Origin: Eledone cirrhosa
Taxonomy: Eukaryota
Assembly: GCA_964016885.1 (NCBI GenBank)
Contig: OZ024756.1
Span: 27,280,001-27,344,000, forward strand
Reading direction: 5' to 3'
DNA: 64,000 bases
Part shown: positions 13,310 to 27,906 of the stretch, one piece after another
Layout: the number at the start of each line of letters is the position of its first letter
Numbering within the stretch: the first letter of the stretch is position 1
Position numbers and translations under genes: made by a program
The notes under the pieces: generated by a model
The model's input: the letters and a program-made list of their open reading frames with translations, nothing else
Databases searched by the model: none
Told to the model about the DNA's origin: nothing

Positions 13310-14649
13310 AAAAAGAGAAAAGGGAGAGAGAAGAGAGAGCGAGGCAGTGAGGTGGATAGAGAGTGAGAGAGGGAGAGTTAAAAAAAAAGACGCAATCACA
13401 CCCAAAAGCGCACACACACACACGCACACAACGTGTTAGAGAGGGTGGGGTGCAGAATGAGGGACCTGTGGAGATAGACAGAAAATATTAGAGAGAGGCA
13501 ATGAATAGAAGAGAGAAGGGGAGTAGAGAGACTGTGTGTGAGTGAGAGGAAAAAAAGGGAGGCGTAGAGAGCGAGAGAGAGTGACAGTGTGTCAGCAAAG
13601 ACACGCAAACACATACACACACATATACACAGACACATACACACATACACACACATACACATACACATACACACATATATAAACAACAAATACATACATA
13701 TATACACACATACACACATACACACGCACATAGATACATACACACACATATGCACATGCACATAGACACACAAACACACACACACATACGCACACACAGA
13801 CACAGACTCAGACAGGCACATACAGACACAGACACAGACACACACACATATATACACACACACACGCATATACATACATACACACACACACACACACACC
13901 GGCTGCGCACGCAGTTATCTTTATTTTAAATGTATTTGTTTTTTATTCTTTGTTTGTTTTTGTACTTCATTCATTATTTGGAAATTGTGTATGTGAACGT
14001 GTGTGGATGTATGTGTATGTGTGTATGTGTTTATGAGCGTATGAGTGTATGTGTGTATGTGTGAACGTGTATCAATGTATATGTGTGTGTGTGAATGTTT
14101 ATGAGTTTTATTTGTGTATGTGTGAACGTTCAATGAGTGTATGTGTGAGTGTTTATGTGTGTCTGTATGTATGTGTGAACGTGTATGAGTGTATGTGTGT
14201 ATGTGTGAGTGTTTATGTGTGTATGTATGTATGTGTGAACGTGTATGAGTGTATGTGTGTGAGTGTTTATGTGTGTATGTATGTATGTATGAAAGTGTAT
14301 GTGTGTGTGTGTGTTTATGTGTGTATGTATGTATGTGTGAACGTGTATGAGTGTATGTGTGTATGTGTGAGTGTTTATGAGTGTATGTATGTATGTGTGA
14401 GTCTGTATGAGTTTATGTGTGAGTGTCTATGAGTGTATGTGTGAGTGTTTATGAGTGTATGTGTGTATGTGTGAGTGTCTATGAGTGTATGTGTGTGTGT
14501 GTGTTTAAGAGTGTATGTGTGTTTGTGTGAACGTTTATGAGTGTATGTGTGTATGAATGAACGTGCATGAGTGTATGTGTAAGTGTGTATGTGTATGTGT
14601 GTGTTTTGTAGATAGAGTGTGTGTTTGTGGGTGAGATAGTCGGGCGGTG

Positions 14650-15365
14650 GTGGTGTGACAGTTGCGGTGTAGCTGTATGTGTGTGTGTATTGAATGTGTG
14701 ACTGTGTGGCAGATGTGTATGTGTGTGTGTGTGACTGTGTGGCAGATGTGTATGTGTGTGTGACTGTGTGGCAGATGTGTGTGTGTGTGTGACTGTGTGG
14801 CAGATGTGTATGTGTGTGTGTGTGTGACTGTGTGGCAGATGTGTATGTGTGTGTGTGTGACTGTGTGGCAGATGTGTATGTGTGTGTGTGTGACTGTGTG
14901 GCAGATGTGTATGTGCGTGAGTGTGTGACTGTGTGGCAGATGTGTATGTGTGTGAGTGTGTGACTGTGTGGCAGATGTGTGTGTGTGTGTTTGTTTGTTT
15001 TGAATGTGTGACTGTGTGTGTGTGCGTCTAATGGATGTGTGACTGTGTGGCAGATGTCTGTGTGTGTGTGTGACTGTGTATGTGTCTGTGTGTGTGACTG
15101 TGTGGCAGATGTGTATGTGTGTGAGTGTGTGACTGTGTGGCAGATGTGTATGTGTGTGTGTGTGTGTGACTGTGTGGCAGATGTGTATGTGTGTGAGTGT
15201 GACTGTGTGGCAGATGTGTATGTGTGTGTGACTGTGTGGCAGATGTGTATGTGTGTGAGTGTGTGACTGTGTGGCAGATGTGTATGTGTGTGAGTGTGTG
15301 ACTGTGTGGCAGATGTCTGTGTGTGTGTGTGACTGTGTATGTGTCTGTGTGTGTGTGTGTGACAA
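14650..15365. repeat. Minisatellite gtgactgtgtggcagatgtgtat(gt)n, ~30-37-bp unit
   Basis: About 18 recurrences of gactgtgtggcagatg embedded in (GT)n. Confidence 0.9.
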
Positions 15366-15462
15366 ACAGACAAAACTCCAGACTCGACATGTATATGTCT
15401 ATTGATTCTTGTATATGTATATTGATTCTTGCCTGTCTGGAGTCTGGAGTTTCGTCTGTTTG

Positions 15463-15548
<86 letters not shown>

Positions 15549-15565
15549 GTCGATATATATTTATA

Positions 15566-15596
<31 letters not shown>

Positions 15597-15690
15597 ACGT
15601 CTATATATATATATACGTCTATATATATGTCTATATATATATGTGTGTGTGTGTGTGTACGTATGTGTCTATATATATATATGTGTGTAC

Positions 15691-15734
<44 letters not shown>

Positions 15735-15739
<5 letters not shown>

Positions 15740-15960
15740 AAGTTTTATTTAAATTGTTGGGTTAACAACGTGTAAATATTTATAACTGATATAAAAGCAC
15801 TCAACAAGTATTTGGAGTATATATACGATATTAAACAAATGGAAACTATATTTATAAAACAATATTTATTTCATTATATATATTTCAGGGATATCATATT
15901 AAAAATATGTTATGCCTTCTTCAGACAAAATACAATATAAACAGTCTTATAAATAGATAG
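15735..15960 (-). mobile_element. Hammerhead-bearing TA-inserted element, family B (ribozyme 15867-15932)
   Basis: Minus strand: tattttgt-CTGAAGA-aggcataacatatttttaatatgatatccct-GAAA-tatata-TA-atgaaata; homologous to 29190, 30834 and 51408. Confidence 0.7.
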
Positions 15961-16040
15961 ATTCGACATAGATTCGACATACCTTTCAACTTCGACTTCT
16001 ATTTGAAAAGTTGATTTGGTAGTTGATTTCTATACCTTTC

Positions 16041-16074
<34 letters not shown>

Positions 16075-16235
16075 GAAAAGTATAGAAATTGTTGTAGCGA
16101 GAAGCTAACAGTATTCCATAACATATATGTGACTATAGCGTCAAAATGGGAAAATAGTTAACATAAGATAAGGGAAAAATAATTCAGACTCAATTCAAAA
16201 GGAATCGGGATATAGATTTATCCAACATATATCTA

Positions 16236-16266
<31 letters not shown>

Positions 16267-16305
16267 CAGTCAGAGTTTAGTTTTAAACTATCTCAGTTAT
16301 TGTAT

Positions 16306-16354
<49 letters not shown>

Positions 16355-16984
16355 CTATATGTATATATATGTATATATGTATATATATATATGTGTGTAT
16401 GTATGTGTATGTATGTCTTTATATATATATATAAGTATATATGTATATACATGTATATATATGTATATATGTATATATATATGTGTGTGTGTGTGTGTAT
16501 GTGTATGTACGTCTATTTATATATATATATATGTGTAAGTATATATGTATCTACATGTATATATAGCCATATATATATATATATATATATATAGACGTAC
16601 ATACACATACATACACACACACATATATATATATATGTATATACATATATACATATATATATACATATATGTATATATATGTGTGTGTGTGTGGGGGGGG
16701 TTATATGTTGTCACCTGCACGATGTAACCCATCCCACGATATACGAGCCTGAAAACCGTTGAGGACAGTACAGTGTTTAGAACTGTAGCTATAACAAATC
16801 ATGCGACGAAACTACTACTGGAAACAATGTCAACCAATAAAGAATTTACACAAATATAAATGAAGGAATAAGCCAAATCCAAAGAAAATATGGTATCCCT
16901 TGAATGAATATTTAATATTAGAAGCATGTGTGAAATAGCTGTAGGCATGTACCGAGGTATTTACATATGCTTTATGTTCTTTGT

Positions 16985-17245
16985 GGAGGCACGTGGCCTA
17001 GTGGTAAGAGTGTTGGACTTACGATCATAATGTCGTGGGTTCGATTCCTGGGCTGCGTGTTGTGTTCTTGAGCAAAACACTTCATTTCACGTTGCTCCAG
17101 TATACTCAGCTGAAAATGAGTACCAGCAATAGCTGGAGGGTTTAACCCTGCGATGGACTGGCGTCCTGTCCAGGGGGGGAGTCTTGTACTCTCAGTCGCT
17201 TCATGCCATGAAACCGGGACAAGCACCGGCCAAATGAGCCTTCTG
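16985..17245 (+). mobile_element. tRNA-derived SINE, family 2 (CORE-like)
   Basis: A box tggcctagtggt, B box ggttcgattcc, CORE-like tgtgttcttgagcaaaacactt, 3' ccctgcgatggactggcgtcctgtccaggggg. Confidence 0.8.
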
Positions 17246-17779
17246 GTTTAAGACAGACTTTAGACATTTTTATGTTCTTCGGGAGACCTCCCAGAAACTC
17301 TATGGCAGGCATAGGCAAACTTTTTCGAGCAATGGGCCGCATAGGATATGGCTCATCATAATGCAGGCCGCATAGGATGTGGTTCATCATAAGGCGAGCT
17401 GCACTGCTAAAAAATTTCAAGGTTATTTTGAAATTAGGTGAGCCATACAGAAAGCCAAATGGGCCTTCGTCTGTTTAGACGAAGATTGTTCCAGTTGTCC
17501 GATCAACGAAACATAGAATTAACGTATAAATGCCTGAGCATTCCACAGACACTTGTAACCCTAACCTATTTCTCAGGGAGATTCAGCGTTACACAATATG
17601 TGATAAGATTGGCTCTTTAAATTACAAGGCTTTCAAACACTTTCCGTCTTATCAATTTCATTCAAAAGACATTGGTCGACCAGATCCATTATTAGTGGAA
17701 TCGAACTCGGGACCTGATGGTTGCGAAGTGAACCTCTTAACTATTCAGCCATGCTGCGTCCATGGGAAATAAATATAAT

Positions 17780-18205
17780 TGTTTCTATATTTGGCACAAG
17801 GCCAGAAACTTGAAGGCAAAGGGAAAATTGATTAAATCGACACCAGTGCATTACTGGTACTTTATTTTACTGACCCCCGTAAGGATGAAAGGCAAAGCTA
17901 ACCTCGGCGGGATTTGAACTCAGAAATTAAAAGGGCCGTAACTATATGTCGTAAAGCATGTTGTCCGAATCTACCGATTCTACTGTCAATCCCCCGCCCT
18001 AAGGAAATAAATATGATGGTTTCTTATATAGGCACAAGGCCAGCAATTTTGGGGAAGGGGAAAGTCTAATACTTTACTTTATCGACCCCGTAAGGATGAA
18101 AGGCAAGGTTAACCTCGGCGGGATTTGAATTCATATCATAAAGGGCCGTGACTCTATGCTGCAAAGCATGGCGTCCGACCCTCTACCGATACTGCCAATC
18201 CACCG
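17780..18205 (-). mobile_element. Two tandem SINE family 1 copies
   Basis: Core and B box repeated twice. Confidence 0.8.
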
Positions 18206-18494
18206 TCCTTGCCTTAAGAAAATAAATATAATCCCATGGCGGTGCCCCAGCATGGCCTCAGCCAGATGACTGGAACACGTAAAAGAGTAAAAGAGTATAA
18301 TAAAAACAAAATCAATGGACATCTGAAAGAAAGGTCAATCAGCCAAAATATTTATTTGAACTGATGGAAAGCTAAATGCACAGATACCGAATATAATTAA
18401 TATATCTGGGACAAATCTAATCAATTGATGAGTTATGTTTAGCACCAAGTCAGACGTTATTGACAGACCTGCCAACTCTCCCCGTCCGACGGGG

Positions 18495-18560
<66 letters not shown>

Positions 18561-18664
18561 CAGACCAGTCAACATTCCCCTGTCCCACGGGGGAGATCTC
18601 CCACCCACTTTGAGGTGGATGAGAGATGTCTTCTCTTGTGAAAATGGGTTTAGCTTTTATTATG

Positions 18665-18842
18665 TTGGCAGTATCGGTAGAGGGTTGGACGACATGCTTT
18701 CTAGCATAGTTACGTCCCTTTACAGTCTGAGTTCAAATCCCGCCGAGGTTAACTTTGCCTTTCATCCTTACGGGGTCGATAAAATAAAGTACCAGTAATG
18801 TACTGGGTAATTGCTGGCCTTGTGCCTAAAGTAGAAACAATT
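18665..18842 (+). mobile_element. SINE family 1
   Basis: Near-identical to 9417-9600. Confidence 0.85.
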
Positions 18843-19394
18843 ATGTAGAATCTCATTTTGCTTAATTTCTCCCCATTTTGGGTCACTTTTTTTTCATAGT
18901 ACTCCCCGTTTGGGTTTTTAGAGGGTGGTAGGTCGGTTTTGATCATCCTGTAGCTTTCCTATGGGCAGGGAAGAAAAGACCACGTTATCCAGAGAATTCA
19001 TTTTTATGGCTATGGTTGTTATAATTAACGGCCTACTGCTCACTCTAACATCTTATATTGTTTTTCCTTCACACCTCACATGTCTAATTGTACTGACTAG
19101 CAAACTGACAGACCACATCTAAAACTGACACCACAACGATTCACACTACACGACCCCAAACCACTAACGTCCCCTCCCCTCTTCTCCCCCACCTTCGCCT
19201 TTAAACATTCAACAATTCCGCCATCTGTCCTTTCTTTAAAATGTATTCTACAGAAGGAAATAAAACCAGTTTTGTAAGAATTATTGTTTATCGAAAATAA
19301 AGGTTGGATTTTCTAGAATGTCATTTGAAAAAATGCCAAATATGCTGACATGAAAACAAATATCAAAGTCGAGACAAAAAAAAAAAAAAAAAAT

Positions 19395-19740
19395 TAAAAT
19401 GTCGTGTAATGTAGATTCTATTACATGGTGCAGAAACTATTCTAAAATAGATTTGGGGCATTGTTAATGTTGGTATATACATGATGTAGACAGAAGAAAA
19501 AGCATTAACGAAGTATTGAGAATAACAAAAACTAAGACATGTCTGTTAGACACCATTAAAGAGAAAGTGGTAATATGTTTTGGACATGTAATTAGAAAAA
19601 ACGTTTTGGTTTACAGAAATTGTTAATAGAAAATAAAGGAAAGGAAATGGATGAGAAAAAAAGAAGAATTACAGTATATTACTTGAAATATAATGAACGT
19701 CTTAGGACAATACATGAGAGGACACCATGGATGCTAAATA
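19395..19740 (+). pseudogene. Highly decayed RTE-like LINE 3' fragment
   Basis: Frame-broken motifs LLHGAET, NEVLRITKT...LLDTIKEK and FGHVIRK. Confidence 0.45.
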
Positions 19741-21255
19741 ACGTTTCTGTTAAATATAGATTCAAGAAAGCTCTACATGGGAGGGGTAGTGTTAGATAGA
19801 TAAGACATACAAGACAATTGGAAGTTCCTATGTGCAGGCAAAATAAATGAATATATATGAATATAAGTGAGGAAAATGGAAAATATTGAAAAAAAATAAT
19901 CCGACTCAGATAAGAGGTATTCCTGTAAACTTCGTACGACAGAAAACCTGAAAATACTTTTATCTATATATCTCTCATTAATGAATGCTCCAAAGTTTTT
20001 GTGAAACCAATCTGACCGTTAAATAATCTACCTGCCAACTTAATCATCTTCACAACACTCCACATGCCATATACATTTTTCATTACTTTTTTCATTTTTT
20101 TTTAAATGTTGGTTTTGTTTTTCTATTATTATTAGTTTTTACGCCGTTTATTATCTCATATCTTTCCTTTCTTTCTATTCCTGTATGCCCCCCCCCCCTT
20201 CTGCCTAAACAGACCACTTTGCCTATCCTTCCTAAATATATCATCTTGCCTGTTTCTTTTATTGTTTCATTCATATATTCTTAATAGTTTTTAAAATTTG
20301 TATTGTTTTAAAACTTTCTCTATTTTCTCATTATTTCATAATATTTTTTACGTACGTTCTTTCTATTTTTTGGTGTTAATCTTTCTTACAAATTTCTCCT
20401 CAGTTATTTATTTGCTTGTCTCTTTCTCACCCTTGACAATCCCTTCAATTTATCTCGAGCCAACGTAGAAACATCAGTGAGGTCACTATAACTGCTAACA
20501 ATCTCTAATTCCACTGAAATAACACCTACCTATGTTAGATATAGTGGTCTATTTTTCCCTGTCCACAGGACAGCCACAGAATGGTCAGTGCTGGATGTCT
20601 TTGATTATATGTCTAGTCAGTAACGTCTGACTTGGAGCTAACAACAACAACAACAGCATCATCATTCTCTATTTATCTCTCTACCTTAACAAACAAATTT
20701 ATCCGTATTTACTTACTTGCTTAGTTAGACAAACCACTGTTTATTTGCCTACATCTTACTGCCGAAACTGACCAGACTTGACTTATTCATATATACCAGT
20801 GTTAGAGAAATATTCGGCCCCCGTAACACACACCAAAGTTGAGTTGCAGCAGAGAGTGTACACTCCCTATTGCACGCAATGCAATATAAGTGGCCACGGT
20901 AACCACCGGATGGCAGTACTGTAGATTCTGCTTATTTGAGCTTCTACTGCAGACGACACTTCCTTATTACCTGTAACCCTTGTAGATTCTTAAACTTGCC
21001 CTAAACTATAAGCATGATATAAGATATCTCCCTTCTCCGCTCAACTTAAAAAAGCGAGACGGACAGAAAGACGGAGAAACAGCTCTTCTTTTATAATAAT
21101 AATGATATATATATATAGTGAAAGAGTGAAGAATAACATGGTAAACAGTACAAAGAGGGTTTTATTTACAGTATTAACGTTAAAACTATCCACAATACGG
21201 AGTACTCACAACCTCTAACTGGATTACCTATAACGATAATTTTGTTATCCCATAC

Positions 21256-21322
<67 letters not shown>

Positions 21323-22080
21323 GAAGGGAAAACGAAAAATCAGTGATGCATCGGAACTCAATTTATTGTGTGTTACAATTGTTTCCCCGGCGAACAGCTC
21401 AACCGGCATACCGCCCATGGAAGCATCTTAGCTACCATTAGACATATATATGTATTTATTTATATATATATTATACAGGCGCTTTTATTTGTGCTTAGTT
21501 ATCCTTTTTCTCCACGGAGTCTTTTTCCTTCATTTTTTTTTCTACCCGTTTGCTTTTTTTATATTTTATTAATTTATGATTCCACCAACAACAAACCTTA
21601 AACGACGTTGACAAGCTTTAAATCTTTAAATTTCTGGATTTTTTTGATTTTTTTTTGATTTTTCACCTCTTTAAGACTGTCTACGCATTCTTTTACATCC
21701 ATTTACATAATTAATGGTCTACATCTCATTCTATCATCTTATAGTTTGTTTTAACTTCACACCTCATATTTCCAATTGTACTGACTAACCAACTGACAGA
21801 CCATATCTACAACTGACACCACAACGATTCACACTACACCCCCCCCCCAAACCACTAACGCCCTCTCCCCTCTTCTCCGCCACCCTCGTCTTTAAACATT
21901 CAACCATTTCGCTATCTAGCCTTACTTTAAAATGTATTCAACAGATGAAGGAAACGAAACCAGTTTTCTATGAGTTATTGCTTTTTTAAAAAAAAAAAAA
22001 AAATTATATATATATATGTTCCAAGGCTCTGATACCATCAACACTATAAACACAGAGCTGGCATATCTAAGAACTGACTA

Positions 22081-22136
22081 ACTGCCTGATGAGGTCATAG
22101 CCATTCAATGGCTATCATCGAAATATATATAGCAGT
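22081..22136 (+). ncRNA. Type I hammerhead ribozyme, family C
   Basis: actgc-CTGATGA-ggtcatagcca ttcaa tggctatcatc-GAAA-tatata-TA-gcagt; stem I actgc/gcagt is perfect. Confidence 0.8.
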
Positions 22137-22181
22137 AAATAAAGGATTATGACTTCATGCAATTGACTTATGTTTCGTCAC

Positions 22182-22446
<265 letters not shown>

Positions 22447-22535
22447 GTGTATGTGTATGTGTGTGTGTGTGTGCGTGTACTTACGTGTCCATGTATCTGT
22501 ATATATATATATATACACACACACATATATATATA

Positions 22536-22578
<43 letters not shown>

Positions 22579-22661
22579 GTATTTATATATATATGTATAT
22601 ATATGTGTATATATATGTATATATATATATTTATATATGTATATGTGTATATATATGTGTG

Positions 22662-22710
<49 letters not shown>

Positions 22711-22909
22711 GTATATATATATGTGTGTATATGTATATATATATATGTATATATGTATATATATATGTGTGTGTGTAATCTGAGTTTTTCGAATATTAAT
22801 AATAATATTCGATTCGTTTGCAATTATGCAAACAGCCTCTTTAAAGCCATGTCAGTAGAATGACTCCCTCATTTTCGCTCTTGTGTTAGCAGTTAAAAGG
22901 TAAAACAGA

Positions 22910-22956
22910 ACTGCAGACACTAATATTTCTGGGTTATTACCCTTCATCAGTACAGT
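22910..22956 (-). ncRNA. Candidate type I hammerhead ribozyme
   Basis: Minus strand: actgta-CTGATGA-agggt aata accca-GAAA-tattagtg-TC-tgcagt; outer extension aggtaaaacag/ctgtttacct. Confidence 0.6.
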
Positions 22957-22975
22957 ACTGTTTACCTGTCAACTG

Positions 22976-23009
<34 letters not shown>

Positions 23010-23011
<2 letters not shown>

Positions 23012-24332
23012 AAGGCGGGTAAAATTCCCGAGATCCATGGACGAGTTCTCTCCAGCGGTCTCTGTCCCTCATTATCGCTGCCATATCCTGCATCTCCAAC
23101 AGACCAGTGTCTGTCCTTAGGGCATCAACATATGTTAACCTTGGTCTTCCTCTTCTAGTGTATCCATGTAGGGGCTCCCAAAGGAGCACTGAGTGCAATG
23201 TCAACTCTGGATGTCGGTGAGCATGTCCAGCCAACCTCAGTCTCCTCTGTGTCACTTTTGAGCTGACTTTTGGGATGCTCCCATACAGCTCTGAGTTTTT
23301 CATCCTCAGTGTATACTGATTAATGTTCAGAGCCATCCTCAGCATTCTCGTGTAGCACCCATCCACCATCTGAGTGAGTCTCTTGGTCAGTGTCCAAGTC
23401 TCAGACCCATACAGCAGCACAGAATCCACTACAGCAATGAAGAAGCGGATTTTCAGGTCTCTACGAAGGTCCGACTTCCACATCGATCTCAAGCTGTGAC
23501 ACGCCGCCCAGGCCCTGCTCTTCCTCTCAACCACATCATCTTCCGTATTCCCAATCTTTGCTCCCAAATACAGGAAGTCCTCAACCAATTCCAGCGGCTT
23601 CCCGCCTACATTAGTGATCCCCTCTGGCTTCTCAACATTCTCTACCAGATATTTTGTTTTAGTCTCATTGATTCTCATCCCCACACTCATAAACACAGTC
23701 TCAACCTCCCGCATCAAATCCTCTGCCTCCTTCACTGTATTTGTCACCAAAACTATGTCGTCGGCAAATTCAGCATCTGATACCTTTTTCGCCCCAACTC
23801 TCCTGCTCTGAGCCGGTGCTACAGTAAAGCCAGAGTCCTGGTGTTTCTCCAGTGCAAGGCGCATACAATAGTCCACTACGATGACAAAAAGGTAGGGAGC
23901 CAATGTATCTCCCTGGAGCACTCCAGCCAGTATCTCAAAGAACTCTGTCATCCCATCAGGTGTAATGACTTGGGCTTTGGTGTTGGTGTAGAGCAGTGAT
24001 ATCAGGTCCACTATCCTCTTGGGGATTCCATAAGCCTGTAAGATCTTCATCAGGCAGTAACGGTCCACAGAATCAAAGGCCTTCCTAAAGTCAATGAAAA
24101 CCATGACCGCAGGAAGGCACTTTGCTCTAGCTCCCTCTAATATCCTCCTCAGCATCAGGATGTGACTGGTGGTTGATCTACCCTCTCTGAAGCCGTTCTG
24201 GTTGTCCCTGAGCTTCTTCTCCATCTCAGGCTGGATCCTGTTAAGAATCATCCTGTTGAGGGTCTTTGCCACAAGTGACGTCAGTGAGATCCCCCGGTAG
24301 TTGTTGGTGTTAGAGAGATCTCCCTTCTTTGG
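23010..24332 (-). mobile_element. 5'-truncated RTE-clade LINE with an uninterrupted reverse transcriptase ORF (~440 codons)
   Basis: PKKGD..NYRGISL, QNGFR.GRST, FIDFRKAFDSV, GVLQGDTLAP.LF, FADD, FLYLG, LLYGSETWTLTK, RRLRLAGH, RGRP. The ORF-track N-terminus beyond 24332 is flanking DNA. Confidence 0.92.
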
Positions 24333-24539
24333 ATATATATATGGAGGAGGTGAGAGTTCACTTGAAGCATAGTGTAATGAGGTATAAACGTTTGAATATG
24401 TATAATAAAGCCAAAACAATGCAGGTATGGACATAGAAAAAAGAATGCAATTGCAAAAGATATTGTTCACAATTCGTCTTTTACCTTAGATTTATTTTAA
24501 ACGTCCTTAATTTTCGAGATAATATCTCTTCTTCAGAGA

Positions 24540-24577
<38 letters not shown>

Positions 24578-24625
24578 TTACAAATATATATCTATACATC
24601 CATACACACATACATGTATACATCC

Positions 24626-24755
<130 letters not shown>

Positions 24756-24844
24756 GTCTATATTTATCAGTTTCGTGTTAACGGTATTCGGCAGAAGCTG
24801 TGTCAAAAACCATTAACGCATATCTTGGATTAACGACGGTGTAA

Positions 24845-24889
<45 letters not shown>

Positions 24890-25067
24890 ACACATATATA
24901 TGTATATATATACATTATCACACATACACACACTATCACAAATATACGCAGGTATCTATGTAGGTTTCTAGATTACACCTTCTATCATATTGTTGCAGAA
25001 CCTGGGCATCTATTTCAATTTCAATGATGAATTCCGTATGTGATCATAAAAGGATGGGAATAATATG

Positions 25068-25178
<111 letters not shown>

Positions 25179-25461
25179 TGAGATTCTACAGGACTAGAAC
25201 TGTTTCATTCTTTAGAAATCATCAGGAATCCCTGATATATATATGTATGTGGGGGGGGGGGCATGTTTGTGTGTTAGTTTGAATGTCTCTCATATATATA
25301 TGACATATATATATACAAGTATAATTCCATTATAACGAATACCATTATAACGAATTTTTCACTATAAGGAAATTGTTTTCAATCCCCGTGGTAATTACAA
25401 AGAAACAGTCGAAAAGAATTTTTCGTTACAACGTATTTTTTGTTATACCCTGTGAATTCCG

Positions 25462-25525
<64 letters not shown>

Positions 25526-25527
<2 letters not shown>

Positions 25528-25640
25528 CGGAGGAAATGTGGTAAGGAACCAGGTGGACCATAACGCACCAAAGTACTCAATACTTAGGGTAGTAGAGTGG
25601 GTAATAGGAACGAGTAGGACCCCTAGAGGTCCTACTAGTT

Positions 25641-25643
<3 letters not shown>
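25526..25643 (-). mobile_element. TA-inserted fold-back element, family A (short hairpin)
   Basis: Conserved arm plus a ~15-bp inverted repeat between long (TA)n tracts. Confidence 0.85.
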
Positions 25644-25703
<60 letters not shown>

Positions 25704-25749
25704 AAATAAAATAAATAAGTCAAATGTTTAAAATTTAGCTTCGTTTATT

Positions 25750-25804
25750 ACTGCTATATATATTTCGGTGACAGCCATCTTTGGCTGTGACCTCTTCAGG
25801 TAGT
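25750..25804 (-). ncRNA. Type I hammerhead ribozyme, family C
   Basis: Minus strand: actac-CTGAAGA-ggtcacagcca aaga tggctgtcacc-GAAA-tatata-TA-gcagt; stem II is compensatory relative to 22081. Confidence 0.7.
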
Positions 25805-25967
25805 CCGAATTAGTGTGGTAGAGACAAGTACATATGTTGTTGAGGTGTATAACTTTGTCAATACTCTGATATGCCCAGTTCCTGGTTGGGTTGTTATTTC
25901 ACTGAGGAACTGGAATCATAACTATATATATATATATACATACATGCATATATGCTTATATATATAT

Positions 25968-26012
<45 letters not shown>

Positions 26013-26029
26013 CATGCATATAAATATAT

Positions 26030-26064
<35 letters not shown>

Positions 26065-26096
26065 CATGCATATAAATATATGAATATATATATATA

Positions 26097-26144
<48 letters not shown>

Positions 26145-26146
26145 CA

Positions 26147-26194
<48 letters not shown>

Positions 26195-26263
26195 TAACAG
26201 ATTAAAGTTTAAGCAAAGAATCGCTGCTATTTGGATTTTAGTCTTCAAATTTATTATTATTAC

Positions 26264-26325
<62 letters not shown>

Positions 26326-26351
26326 TCTAAAGGATAACGAAATATCGTTAT

Positions 26352-26543
26352 CAGGGCCGTCTTAACAGCATTATAGCCCTCCCCCCACCCACCCCCTCCG
26401 GGGGGGGGGGGGGGGGGGCAAAGCAGAGCACTGGGGCTCCTACCTACACAACCACTCACAGGAATAAAAATACAAATGGGCCCCCCTATCCTCGTGGGGT
26501 CCCCGGGCAACTGCCCAGCGTGCCATGCGTTAAGACGGCCCTG
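26352..26543. mobile_element. hAT-type MITE
   Basis: TIR cagggccgtcttaac/gttaagacggccctg; perfect 8-bp TSD atcgttat (26344-26351 and 26544-26551). Confidence 0.9.
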
Positions 26544-26695
26544 ATCGTTATAGGTAATTCAATTAAAGGTTGTGAAAACTTCTTATTACGGATAGTTTTA
26601 GCGTACGGCGTTGTTTGATTCAGCAAGAAGTTTATGTAGATGACAAGCTTATGATTTCACTTGTTTTCCTATTTAAGTTTATCTTGGAGTAATAA

Positions 26696-27049
26696 AATTG
26701 AAAAAGTGGAAAATAACATGGTCAACAGTACAAAAAAGGGGATTTATTTGCAGTCTAACAATTGTTTCACTGATAGAGATGTCTAAAAATTGCTGAACAC
26801 TAAAAGCAGTGCCACTCAATTTTCAATACGATGTTAACTCTATTAGATCATCGGAAACTGTTAATTCTATTAGATCATTGGAAACAGTTTCCGATGATCT
26901 AATAGAGTCAACATCGTATTTAAAATTGAGTGGCACTGCTTTTAGTGTTCAGCAATTTTTAGACATCTCTATCAGTGAAACAATTGTTAGACTGCAAATA
27001 AATCCCCTTTTTTGTACTGTTGACCATGTTATTTTCCACTTTTTCAATT
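26696..27049. mobile_element. ~165-bp-arm palindrome with divergent long-stem-II hammerhead-like motifs
   Basis: Near-perfect inverted repeat. + strand 26885-26994: cagttt-CCGATGA-tctaatagag...ctctatcagt-GAAA-caattg-TT-agactg. Confidence 0.7.
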
Positions 27050-27078
27050 ATACATATATGAATATATATATATATATA

Positions 27079-27149
<71 letters not shown>

Positions 27150-27152
<3 letters not shown>

Positions 27153-27316
27153 CAAGTAAGACCCCAGGGGTCTTACTTGTTCCTATTACTTACTTGTTCC
27201 TATAACAAGTAAGACCCCGGGGTCTTACTTGTTCCTATTATCCACTCTACTACCCTAAGTATTGAGTACTTTGGTGCGTTATGGTCCACCTCGTTCCTTA
27301 CCACATTTCCTTCGTT
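27150..27316 (+). mobile_element. Family A element with a duplicated short hairpin
   Basis: aacaagtaagacccc/ggggtcttacttgtt occurs twice, then the conserved arm ending ccttcgtt(at)n. Confidence 0.8.
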
Positions 27317-27359
27317 ATATATATATATATATGAATATATATATATATATATATATATG

Positions 27360-27459
<100 letters not shown>

Positions 27460-27622
27460 CTCTTAATAGCCACTTTTAGTCCTTTTATCTACTTTCCCAT
27501 ACAGCCAGATCTGCCCTTCCTCACCTTTTCCCCACTTTTTCTCATTACATAATTTTGCTTTTATCTTTCATTCTCATATTTATTTACTATCTATTTCGAA
27601 TTTCAGTAACCTTTTGGACAAC

Positions 27623-27698
<76 letters not shown>

Positions 27699-27845
27699 AT
27701 ATATTTATTAAAATAACAGGTTAAAGTTTAAGCAAAGAATCGCCGCTTTCACCCTTAACGGGATCTTCTGAAACTTTTATATATTTGATATATATTTATC
27801 CTTATCGAGCCCTCTTTGGATTTTAGTCTTCACATTTATTATTAT

Positions 27846-27906
<61 letters not shown>

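Noticed and set aside
16985-17060. Possible tRNA gene
   Set aside because: The A/B boxes belong to SINE heads; no complete cloverleaf and a SINE body follows.
24333-24470. Apparent N-terminus (MNNIFCN...) of the RT ORF
   Set aside because: It lies beyond the TA-bounded truncation point; chance read-through into flanking DNA with no endonuclease domain.
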